Assembly (NCBI GenBank): GCA_001028815.1
Contig: LDJB01000001.1
Location: 513,634-577,633 of the forward strand
Origin: Peptococcaceae bacterium 1109
GTDB lineage: Bacteria; Bacillota; Limnochordia; Darwinibacteriales; Darwinibacteriaceae
DNA length: 64,000 bases
Direction of reading: 5' to 3'
Position numbers and translations under genes: made by a program. The notes under the pieces are model-generated. The model did no database searches and was not told the DNA's origin. It worked only from the letters and a program-made list of their open reading frames with translations. This document shows, one piece after another, positions 56,622 through 64,000 of this stretch (within the stretch, counting starts at the first letter, position 1; each line of letters opens with the position of its first letter).

Positions 56622-57629
56622 TTATGCTTCGATGGCCACCGCATGGGCCACGGTGGGGATAGAATCCCCTTGCTGGATAGTGAGCTGGTTGAGGAGGGCT
56701 CCCGTGCCAATGAGGAGGACTTTCTGGAGTTTGCCCTGGTACAGCTGGGTGGCAACAAACCCCAAGGTCATCACTGCGGAACAAGCTGCACCGCTGGCCC
56801 CCGCCCCCACTTTGGGATCGTTGCCATAGATGAGTGCTCCTCCGTCCTGCAGGTTGCTGCCGAGGGCGAAGCCCTTCTTCTCCGCGATGACGTGCAGCAT
56901 TTTCAGGCCTTGGCGCCCTAGGTCACCTGTAAGGATGAGATCGTAGTAATCGGGAGGCCTGCCTGTGTCTTGGACGTGCTGTTCTAAGGTGGCAAAGGCT
57001 GCAGGTGCCATGGCACTTCCCATGTCGTTGGGGTTTTTTAACCCCATATCCACCACTTTTCCGAACGTGGCATGGGTGATCTTGGGCCCTTCCCCCTCTG
57101 TGGCCAAGACACATGCCCCAGCTCCCGTTACCGTATGCTGATTTGTGGGGACGTGCTGGATATTGAGCTCGATGGGATAGCGGTACTGCCTCTCTGCAGT
57201 TTGGTAGTGGCTGGACGTGGCCACCATCACTTTGTCGGCAAACCCGCCCTGGAGCATGATGCTAGCGAGGCCCAAGCCTTGTGCGAACGTACCGCAGGCA
57301 CTGAATATGCCTAGGAAGGGCACTCCGAGGCTGCGGGCGCTAAACACAGCGGAGATCACCTGGTTGAGCAGATCACCGCTGATATAGTACTGGACATCCT
57401 GGGGTACCAGCCCGCCCTTGCGCAAAGCTTCATTGACAGCGTTTTCTAAGATCTGGCGTTCAGCTTTTTCCGCGGTTTTTTGGCCAAGGAGATCGTCTTC
57501 GAGGACCTCATGAAAATATCCCCCGTAGGGCCCCTTCCCTTCTAGAGTGCCCACGATGGTGTGCATGCTCACAAGGCGCGGCAGGATTCCAAAGGTGATA
57601 GTCTGCCTTCCCACCTGGTTGGCTGCCAA
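56622..57629 (-). CDS. spoVAD: stage V sporulation protein AD (thiolase-like, DPA-binding)
   Basis: 335 aa thiolase-like SpoVAD pattern; TTG start with GAAGGAGG RBS. Confidence 0.85.
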   Translation of the reverse strand: MAANQVGRQTITFGILPRLVSMHTIVGTLEGKGPYGGYFHEVLEDDLLGQKTAEKAERQILENAVNEALRKGGLVPQDVQYYISGDLLNQVISAVFSARSLGVPFLGIFSACGTFAQGLGLASIMLQGGFADKVMVATSSHYQTAERQYRYPIELNIQHVPTNQHTVTGAGACVLATEGEGPKITHATFGKVVDMGLKNPNDMGSAMAPAAFATLEQHVQDTGRPPDYYDLILTGDLGRQGLKMLHVIAEKKGFALGSNLQDGGALIYGNDPKVGAGASGAACSAVMTLGFVATQLYQGKLQKVLLIGTGALLNQLTIQQGDSIPTVAHAVAIEA

Positions 57630-57643
57630 TAGCGGTTCCTCCT

Positions 57644-58084
57644 TCAGAAATAGCCCAGCACTACGGCTTTAATGAGAGCCACGGTAAAACCTGATAGGAT
57701 GCCGTACACTAAGACGGGCCCTGCAATGACAAACATCTTCGCCCCCATTCCCAGGATGAACCCTTCCCGGCGAAACTCCATGGCCGCGGCAGTCACCGTG
57801 TTGGAAAAACCGGTGATGGGCACAGCAGCCCCAGCGCCTCCTTTTTCCGCGATCTTGTCGTACACGCCAAGGCCTGTTAGGACTGAACCTAAGAGGATCA
57901 TTATGGCCAATGTAACTGCAGCAGCCTCATCAGTGGTTCGCTCTACTCCGCTGACAAACTCCAGGACAAGTTGGCCCACGGCAGAGATGGCACCGCCAAC
58001 GAGAAAGGCCAGGAAGACATTCTTTCCGATGGCCCGAGGCGGCTGGTTTTCTTTTACGAGGGCTTGGTATTCCTGAGGCTTCAC
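57644..58084 (-). CDS. spoVAC: stage V sporulation protein AC (mechanosensitive channel-like)
   Basis: SpoVAC family membrane protein (...FLVGGAISAVGQLV...GAGAAVPITGF...). Confidence 0.85.
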   Translation of the reverse strand: MKPQEYQALVKENQPPRAIGKNVFLAFLVGGAISAVGQLVLEFVSGVERTTDEAAAVTLAIMILLGSVLTGLGVYDKIAEKGGAGAAVPITGFSNTVTAAAMEFRREGFILGMGAKMFVIAGPVLVYGILSGFTVALIKAVVLGYF

Positions 58085-58108
58085 GGGCCCCACCTCCTAA
58101 GCTGTCTT

Positions 58109-58138
58109 TAGTATAGCTTGGCCAATCTGCAATTATGC
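58109..58138 (-). promoter_or_regulatory. putative forespore (sigma-G/F-type) promoter for spoVAC-AD-AEb
   Basis: Minus strand GCATA-18 nt-TATACTA versus sigma-G consensus GHATR-18-CATXHTA. Confidence 0.4.
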
Positions 58139-58144
58139 CAGAAG

Positions 58145-58182
58145 ACGCAAAAAGAGAGGCAGCTTTGCGGCTGCCTCTCTTT
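58145..58182 (-). terminator. terminator after the SLH coiled-coil gene
   Basis: aaagagaggcagc-tttgcg-gctgcctctcttt 13-bp stem followed by TTTTTGCG on the minus strand. Confidence 0.7.
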
Positions 58183-58211
58183 GAGGGCAAGATGGCTTTA
58201 GTTTCCTCCGG

Positions 58212-59534
58212 TCACATGATACCTACCACGATACCGATGGCCCCAACCACCAGAGCGATGGTGGCCATGGTCTTGGAGGATTTGAGCTGGGCTTCTGAAG
58301 TCTCTCTGTAGCTGGTAAACTCAGCTTCCAGTTCAGCAATTTGGCGCTCGAGACGCTGCTCCCGGATGAGGGCCGCGTTCATCTCTAGGCGCACTTCAGA
58401 ACTGATTTGGCTGCGCAGCTCAGCCAGCTCTTCTTCGGAAAGCCCGATCTGGGTCTCGAGAGAAGACATTTCGCTCTTAATGGCGTCCAGTTCAGTGGAA
58501 AGCTCGTTCCGGCGCTGAGTCTCTCGCTGGATGAGGACGGCCAGGTTCTGGAGGTCTTTCTCCAGTTCTGTGGACCGCTCGGTCAGGGCTGTTACCCTGG
58601 CTTGAGTCTCCTGGACCTGTGCCAGTGTTGCCGCTGAAGACTGGTCTACTGCAGTGATGGAGCCTGCCAGGCTTTCCAGGCGGCTGTCAGTTGACTCGCT
58701 TAGTTCATCAATGCGCACGCTGAGCCTTTGAGTTTCAGCGCCCAGCTGGGTATCTTGGTGCTGAAGGGCTGCTAAGACAGCACTCTTTTCCCCCGCCCAG
58801 TTCTGCAGGGAACTAATGTCCGCATCTTGCGCCAGGATTGCCCCTTCGATCTCCACCAGAGCGTTCACCAGCTCTTCCAGGCGAGCTTGGTATTCCTGAA
58901 GCTGTGCCGCGTGCTCGTTGATCTTAAGCTCATGGGCAGTGATCTGCTGTGCTTGCTCATCAATGCGCTCTCCCTGGCGAGCGATGAGGGCCTGCTGAGC
59001 CCCGATGGTTTCGCCGTGCTCCGCAGAGGCCAATTCTAGCTGGAGCGCTTCCTGGCGGAGCTGTTCTAAGAGCTCTGCCTTAATAGACGCTACTTCTTCT
59101 TGCAGTTTAGTATGGGATGAAACCACTCGGTTGAGGCGGTCGTCGGTGACCACCAACAGCTGTTCCGTACTGGACAGCTTCTCTTCCAGGGCAGCCCGCT
59201 CAGCGTACCAAGCTACCAGTTCTGCCCGGAGTTCCGTGGTGAGTTCCTCGATCAGGCTTAGATCATCTACAGTACCTTGCACTCGACCTGCTTCGATGTC
59301 ATCTAGGATCCGGGCTACGGTTACGGCTAGGGTGTAGCGGTCAACGGGCCGGGAGCCTTGGAAAGTGCCATCCTCATAGACTGCTAAGTACCCCTTGTTT
59401 ACAAGGGTGACCACTGCGTGATAGGCCCAATGGTCCCGGGGGACATCGCTGAGGTCCGCAAAAGCGGGCTGAACACCCACCGATCCCAGGAGCAGAGTGA
59501 CTAAGATAAAACTCATTAAACCTTTTTTCTTCAT
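58212..59534 (-). CDS. SLH-domain coiled-coil protein with signal peptide and C-terminal TM anchor
   Basis: Signal peptide; SLH motif DVPRDHWAYHAV..L...G...DGTFQG; ~330 aa of heptad-repeat coiled coil; C-terminal hydrophobic helix. Confidence 0.7.
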   Translation of the reverse strand: MKKKGLMSFILVTLLLGSVGVQPAFADLSDVPRDHWAYHAVVTLVNKGYLAVYEDGTFQGSRPVDRYTLAVTVARILDDIEAGRVQGTVDDLSLIEELTTELRAELVAWYAERAALEEKLSSTEQLLVVTDDRLNRVVSSHTKLQEEVASIKAELLEQLRQEALQLELASAEHGETIGAQQALIARQGERIDEQAQQITAHELKINEHAAQLQEYQARLEELVNALVEIEGAILAQDADISSLQNWAGEKSAVLAALQHQDTQLGAETQRLSVRIDELSESTDSRLESLAGSITAVDQSSAATLAQVQETQARVTALTERSTELEKDLQNLAVLIQRETQRRNELSTELDAIKSEMSSLETQIGLSEEELAELRSQISSEVRLEMNAALIREQRLERQIAELEAEFTSYRETSEAQLKSSKTMATIALVVGAIGIVVGIM

Positions 59535-59560
59535 GATATCCGCCTCCTTCGTTCTTCCGC

Positions 59561-61588
59561 CTACCTCACTATAACGCTGCGCTGCGCGGCAGTTTCAAAC
59601 TGCAGGGTTTGACCTTGGCTGTCGAAGAGCTGCACCCTGTCTAGGTTAATCTGTGCATCTCCAAGCCCTTTGGCCCGGAAGTGGATGGTGATGAGCGTTC
59701 CATAGGCACTGGTTAGCTCCAGCCCTTGCCCTCGTTCTCCCACAACGCCTACCACCTTTCCTGCTTGATTGTCGATGGAGGGCATGGTCCACGACAGCTT
59801 CCGCGGTGGTGAGACAGTGTCATCCACAAAGAGCGTTCCTTGGGACACATCTAGGGTCTTGCCCACAATCTCTACTACATCGGGGTTGAAAGACAGATCC
59901 AGTTCCGCGCGGCTCAAGTTGGGAATGTTCGTTGCCCAGATAGAAAGGGAGAAATAATCACCCTTCCGGATTTCTGCACGGCCATATGTCTGTGGCTCGC
60001 CGATCCACACCTTCGGGCGCAGCTCCGGAACAAACACAAAGTTATTCTGCAGGGCTGGCTCGCCACTGTAGACGATGGTTACCGAGTAAGGCAGCTGGCC
60101 TGAGATTCCTGTGGGAACCAGGGACCAGTTGAGTTTCACCTCTTCACCGGGTTGAATCTGTCCAACAAACTTATCCTTCCTGTCCCCTGAGGCTAGCACT
60201 AAGCCAAAGGGGTTGAGGAGGCTTGCCTTGACATTCTGGGCCGCTGTGCCCCCTTCATTGCGCAGCACTGCTTCGATGGTGAAGGGCGATGGATTGTAGC
60301 GCTCTTCCGCAATGGTTAACGCTGGCGGTCCGCTGAGGCGGAAAATCCGCAGACGGGCCGGGCTTACCACCGCAACTCCCCGGCTGACGCTGTTGGGCTC
60401 GCTGTTGATTGCCCGGACGGACACCTTATAGGTGAGATCGCCGCTAACACTGCCAGTGGCCGCAACCTGCCAGCCTGTCTGCTGAGTCTCTCCTACATCA
60501 ATGTTGCCCAGGCGCCGTACACTGCTGCCGCTTACCAGTTCCAAACCAGGCGGCAGCTGGATTTCTGCAACCACGTCCCGAGTCTCCCCACTGCCTGCAT
60601 TCTGGATGTACGCGATGACGGAGAAGGTTTCGGTGCGGTCGCTGTCCGCTGTAACCTGTGCTGGAGAAGTGACGCCCAGGATAAGGTCACCAGGGGCGAT
60701 GGTTACGCCGCCTAAGCCGTATTGCGTCACATAGCTGCGGCTCTCGCCAGGCCCTAAAGGTGCAGAGTCCCAAAACAGGGCAATGGCACTGTCCAGGCCC
60801 CGCTCACCCTTACGGGTGAAGTCTCTGCCAGGCGTGAAATCAAAGTTCCAGAGCTCATCGGCGAGGCTGCCCCAGTTGGTGAAGTAAACCCGATCTGGGG
60901 TGGTAACACCCCTGCCCCGCAAGGTCCCTTGGGACATGACCCGAGGGTTAGATAAGGAGTCGAAGGCTTGCCAAAACTCGGGCATGGCATTGGAGTAAAA
61001 CACCGTATCGCTGAGGAGCGCTTGCTCGTTTACCCGGAAAGGCGCCCCGTCATTGGAGCCTAACATGGTGTCCACCATGATGCGCAGCCCCACCATGTGG
61101 GAGACATTGTCTAAGTTGTGCACCTGGTACTCCACCCGGGCCGTATCCATGAGCCCCGTGGTGCTGCTCCGGGCAAAACTAAGAATCTGGGTTACCTCGA
61201 TGGGACCAAGGAGCCATACGCTCTTGATAGCTCCATCTTCCACCGTGGGCGGTGAGATCATCTCACCATAGCGGCCGTCCCGGCCTGCCCGGCGGTTGGT
61301 GGGGTTGCCAAACACCCAGTTTTGATTCCCAATTCGCACTGTGGTGTAGGATGTCCAAGGGTCGTCCCCGCCGTAAATGAGGTGCTGGTTATTATCTTCT
61401 GGCCGGTCTGGATCTCCGCCTGTGGTACCAACAGAAAACCGGCCCGTGTTGTATTCCGAGTTGTTCACTACGATGCGGATGTATTCGTTGGCGATCTCGA
61501 TGTTGCTTGGCTCTTCCCCGAAGGCGGATACGGGCCAGAGCAATAGCAGCAAAACAGACAACCACCCTAGAAGCCTCTTAAGTTCCAT
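59561..61588 (-). CDS. large secreted protein with C-terminal cohesin-like domain
   Basis: Signal peptide; C-terminal ~140 aa beta-sandwich resembling type-I cohesin (..VEIVGKTLDVSQG...LITIHFRAKGLGDAQINLDRVQLFD). Confidence 0.55.
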   Translation of the reverse strand: MELKRLLGWLSVLLLLLWPVSAFGEEPSNIEIANEYIRIVVNNSEYNTGRFSVGTTGGDPDRPEDNNQHLIYGGDDPWTSYTTVRIGNQNWVFGNPTNRRAGRDGRYGEMISPPTVEDGAIKSVWLLGPIEVTQILSFARSSTTGLMDTARVEYQVHNLDNVSHMVGLRIMVDTMLGSNDGAPFRVNEQALLSDTVFYSNAMPEFWQAFDSLSNPRVMSQGTLRGRGVTTPDRVYFTNWGSLADELWNFDFTPGRDFTRKGERGLDSAIALFWDSAPLGPGESRSYVTQYGLGGVTIAPGDLILGVTSPAQVTADSDRTETFSVIAYIQNAGSGETRDVVAEIQLPPGLELVSGSSVRRLGNIDVGETQQTGWQVAATGSVSGDLTYKVSVRAINSEPNSVSRGVAVVSPARLRIFRLSGPPALTIAEERYNPSPFTIEAVLRNEGGTAAQNVKASLLNPFGLVLASGDRKDKFVGQIQPGEEVKLNWSLVPTGISGQLPYSVTIVYSGEPALQNNFVFVPELRPKVWIGEPQTYGRAEIRKGDYFSLSIWATNIPNLSRAELDLSFNPDVVEIVGKTLDVSQGTLFVDDTVSPPRKLSWTMPSIDNQAGKVVGVVGERGQGLELTSAYGTLITIHFRAKGLGDAQINLDRVQLFDSQGQTLQFETAAQRSVIVR

Positions 61589-61603
61589 TTGGCCCTGCCC
61601 TCC

Positions 61604-62635
61604 TTACCGTGCATTGATCCACTGTGATTCCTCCGCATAGCCATGGCGAGTCACGAAGCGGCCATCAACGTAGCTGAACTCCACATACATCAAGTTGCTG
61701 TACTCGCCGTACGCCGCTGGGGGAAACGGCAGGCGCTCTATTTCCCACACTGCTTGCAGATCAAGCTCTAAGTGGCCAGAGGATTCCACTACCTTCACCG
61801 CTACTTCCCCTGATGGACTCACAGTCACCTCGAGGTAGACTGTCCCTTCCAGGCGGGCGTGCTCCGCATCCTTCGGGTAGCCAATGCGGTAGTCGCCGAT
61901 GGCTTGGGCTAAAGACCGTCCCGATGGCGGCGGAGGCGGTGGAGGCGGAGCGGACTCTGCTTCCCCCGTACCACCAGATTGGGATATGCCTGCATCATCA
62001 TCCTCGCCCTGGACTCCTGTACCAGAACCGCTGGCCCCTATATTTTCTTCACCCCTGGGCAGCTCTTGCGGCTCAGGATGGGGTTGCGTAGGAGGAGTTA
62101 CCTGCTGTGTGCCGGGATCCTCTTCTGCCATCACCACTTCTTGCCCATGCTCGCTTGTAAGGAGTTCCCCGGGCCCTGTGGGCGCCTCAGGAACACTGGG
62201 TGATGCGGGTTGGGCTTCAGGAGTAGGCGCTTGAGGCGTAGGCACCTCAGGCTCTGGAGTAGAAGCAGGTATGTTAGCTTCCTCAGGTACAGGATTAGGG
62301 GTCGGGCTTGGTTGGGGCGCGGACACTTCTTGCACTTCGGGAGGCCGCGGCTGGCTCACAGGCACTGGCGCCTCCGGAGCTTCAGGCACAGGGCGCGCTT
62401 CTGTTACCCGAGGGCGTGTACTCTGGGAAATGGGAGATGTAACAGGGCTGAGAAGCGGGCTAACGTTGTTTGACAGATCTAGGATTTGAATGACACCGCC
62501 ATCTCCCAGGCCTGGAGTGTCGGACATGAACAGCGAGCTCCATTGGGGAAAGGTCAGAAAGATGATGGCATGGAGAACCACCGATACCAAGACGAATCGG
62601 TTGAAGTTATGTTCTTCACCATATGGGTTAATCAC
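61604..62635 (-). CDS. tonB: TonB-family energy transducer (N-terminal TM, Pro-rich spacer, TonB_C domain)
   Basis: Pro/Glu/Val-rich linker and C-terminal ...PKDAEHARLEGTVYLEVTVSPSGEVAVKVVESSGHLELDLQAVWEIERLPFPPA. Confidence 0.7.
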   Translation of the reverse strand: MINPYGEEHNFNRFVLVSVVLHAIIFLTFPQWSSLFMSDTPGLGDGGVIQILDLSNNVSPLLSPVTSPISQSTRPRVTEARPVPEAPEAPVPVSQPRPPEVQEVSAPQPSPTPNPVPEEANIPASTPEPEVPTPQAPTPEAQPASPSVPEAPTGPGELLTSEHGQEVVMAEEDPGTQQVTPPTQPHPEPQELPRGEENIGASGSGTGVQGEDDDAGISQSGGTGEAESAPPPPPPPPSGRSLAQAIGDYRIGYPKDAEHARLEGTVYLEVTVSPSGEVAVKVVESSGHLELDLQAVWEIERLPFPPAAYGEYSNLMYVEFSYVDGRFVTRHGYAEESQWINAR

Positions 62636-62653
62636 ATCCGAACCTCCCTTCCA

Positions 62654-63058
62654 TTAAGAGCTCTGTTCAACCGCTAGACCAAGTTTATGGCCTCCTACTG
62701 CTCGGATATGATCAAGGGCATCTACCACATGTTCATAGCGAACCCGCCGGTCTGCCTTGACAATGACGAACAGCTCGGGGTTCGCGCTCAGGCGTTGCTG
62801 TACGTGGGCGCGCAACTCTGGGCCGGTTACCATCCGGCCGTTTATGTAAAAGGCCCCGTCTTGCCGTACACTTACTTCCAGCTGGCCATCGCTCTGGGGT
62901 CTGCCTGTAACCGCTCTGGGCAGCTCCACATCCATCCCCAAAGGCGTGGAGGAAATGTTCCAGAACACCATGAAAAAGACCAGCAAGAAGAACATCACGT
63001 CAATCAAAGGTATGATGTTGGGCGCAGTCGTTTTTTTACGCGTCCGTTCAAACTTCAT
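62654..63058 (-). CDS. exbD: biopolymer transport protein ExbD/TolR
   Basis: 134 aa; N-terminal TM (IIPLIDVMFFLLVFFMV) + periplasmic domain. Confidence 0.85.
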   Translation of the reverse strand: MKFERTRKKTTAPNIIPLIDVMFFLLVFFMVFWNISSTPLGMDVELPRAVTGRPQSDGQLEVSVRQDGAFYINGRMVTGPELRAHVQQRLSANPELFVIVKADRRVRYEHVVDALDHIRAVGGHKLGLAVEQSS

Positions 63059-63672
63059 TACTGATCACTCCGTCCCTTAAGCAGGGCCAACAACTCTGCA
63101 GAACACTTGCTCATGTCGGCCGTGTTGCGGTCGATAAGTGTGTTTACGTAAGAATACACTGCCGATGCAGGTATGGCAATGATCAGCCCGGTGGCAGTGG
63201 TGATCAAAGCTTCAGCAATTCCCACGCTCAGGAGTTGGTGGTTAACGACCCCTTCTAGGCCGGCCAACACGTTAAAACTATCAATAATACCCGTTACGGT
63301 GCCTAGAATTCCCAGCAGGGGTGAGATGGTGACAATAGTATCAAGGGCGTTGAGGCGCCGTTCCATCTTGAAAATCTCTTCTCTGCCCACTAGCTCCATG
63401 TGTGCTTCAATTTCTTTCGGTTCACGATCGTAGTACGCAATTCCAGCTGCTAAGATTGCTGCAACTGGTCCCCTGGTCCGCTTGGCAATCTGCATGGCTT
63501 CCAACACTTTTCCCTGTTCGAGGGCGAGGCGGATATCCTCCATGAGATCTTCGCTGTCAACCCGGGAGCGAATCAGATACCACAAGCGATCGATGGATAT
63601 GGCCAAAGCCAACACCGAGCACAGCAACAGCGGAATCATTACGGGACCACCAAGAACGATAACCTTCAGCAT
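63058..63672 (-). CDS. exbB: MotA/TolQ/ExbB proton-channel protein
   Basis: 204 aa, three TM helices, conserved MotA/TolQ/ExbB C-terminal region. Confidence 0.85.
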   Translation of the reverse strand: MLKVIVLGGPVMIPLLLCSVLALAISIDRLWYLIRSRVDSEDLMEDIRLALEQGKVLEAMQIAKRTRGPVAAILAAGIAYYDREPKEIEAHMELVGREEIFKMERRLNALDTIVTISPLLGILGTVTGIIDSFNVLAGLEGVVNHQLLSVGIAEALITTATGLIIAIPASAVYSYVNTLIDRNTADMSKCSAELLALLKGRSDQ

Positions 63673-63805
63673 TCATACCCCTCCAATGACTAAACGTACA
63701 GCTTCTGTTGAGTTCGACATATCTATCCATAATCCTTGCCCTGTTGGCCAGTCCAAGGAATTATATCACATTCATTCGCTGACCAGCAGAAAGATCTAGG
63801 GGGAT

Positions 63806-63833
63806 AACAAAAAAATGCCGCACGAGGCGGCAT
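63806..63833 (-). terminator. terminator after the upstream minus-strand GNAT gene
   Basis: atgccgc-acgag-gcggcat hairpin followed by TTTTTTTGT on the minus strand. Confidence 0.65.
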
Positions 63834-63834
63834 A

Positions 63835-64000
63835 TTAGACGGCGGTTGTGCTTGGCGCGGCAGAGGCCAAGTATTCAGAACGGGTGATCCTCATTAGGAA
63901 GATTTTCCCGAAGGGGCTGGCAAGCTTGCCTTCCTTGCAGAAGCCTGACTTGGAATAACAGCGCAGTGCCCTCCGGTTGTGGGCATAGACGCGCAGATAA
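63835..64000 (-). CDS. GNAT-family N-acetyltransferase, C-terminal fragment (gene continues beyond window)
   Basis: Minus-frame translation ...LRVYAHNRRALRCYSKSGF...GKLAS... matches the GNAT motif B/C-terminus; stop at 63835-63837. Confidence 0.5.
   Translation of the reverse strand, partial: YLRVYAHNRRALRCYSKSGFCKEGKLASPFGKIFLMRITRSEYLASAAPSTTAV

Overview
About 55% GC chromosomal segment from an endospore-forming Firmicute (Clostridia-like). The core gene order is Bacillus/Clostridium-like. Plus strand: cmk, plsC, ispH::rpsA fusion, a sporulation-linked block (membrane protein, SpoIIP-like, YIEGIA protein, small partner), der, plsY, spoIVA, lysC, tRNA-Pro, EF-G paralog, IS30 element, pduL, tkt, cotF-like pair, polyprenyl/terpenoid genes, trxA, tRNA-fMet, nudix, trpS with a regulated leader, lexA. 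Minus strand: yneA-like LysM SOS gene with DUF1538/P-II, surE, mgtC, ynbB, spoVK, miaA–mutL–mutS, miaB, a long che/fli operon (fapA-cheR-cheB-cheD-cheC-cheY-cheA-fliY-fliM-cheW), spoVAC-AD-AEb, and an exbB-exbD-tonB-cohesin-SLH envelope operon. Accessory or unusual signals: an IS30-family element with 15-bp flanking direct repeats next to tRNA-Trp, two gene remnants (GNAT, GH13 amylase), a T-box-like attenuator at trpS, three LexA (Cheo) boxes in the lexA/yneA divergent region, and a TonB/ExbBD system coupled to SLH and cohesin proteins abutting spoVA. No CRISPR arrays or rRNA genes were seen. All calls are from manual reading of the ORF track and sequence motifs; no database searches were possible.
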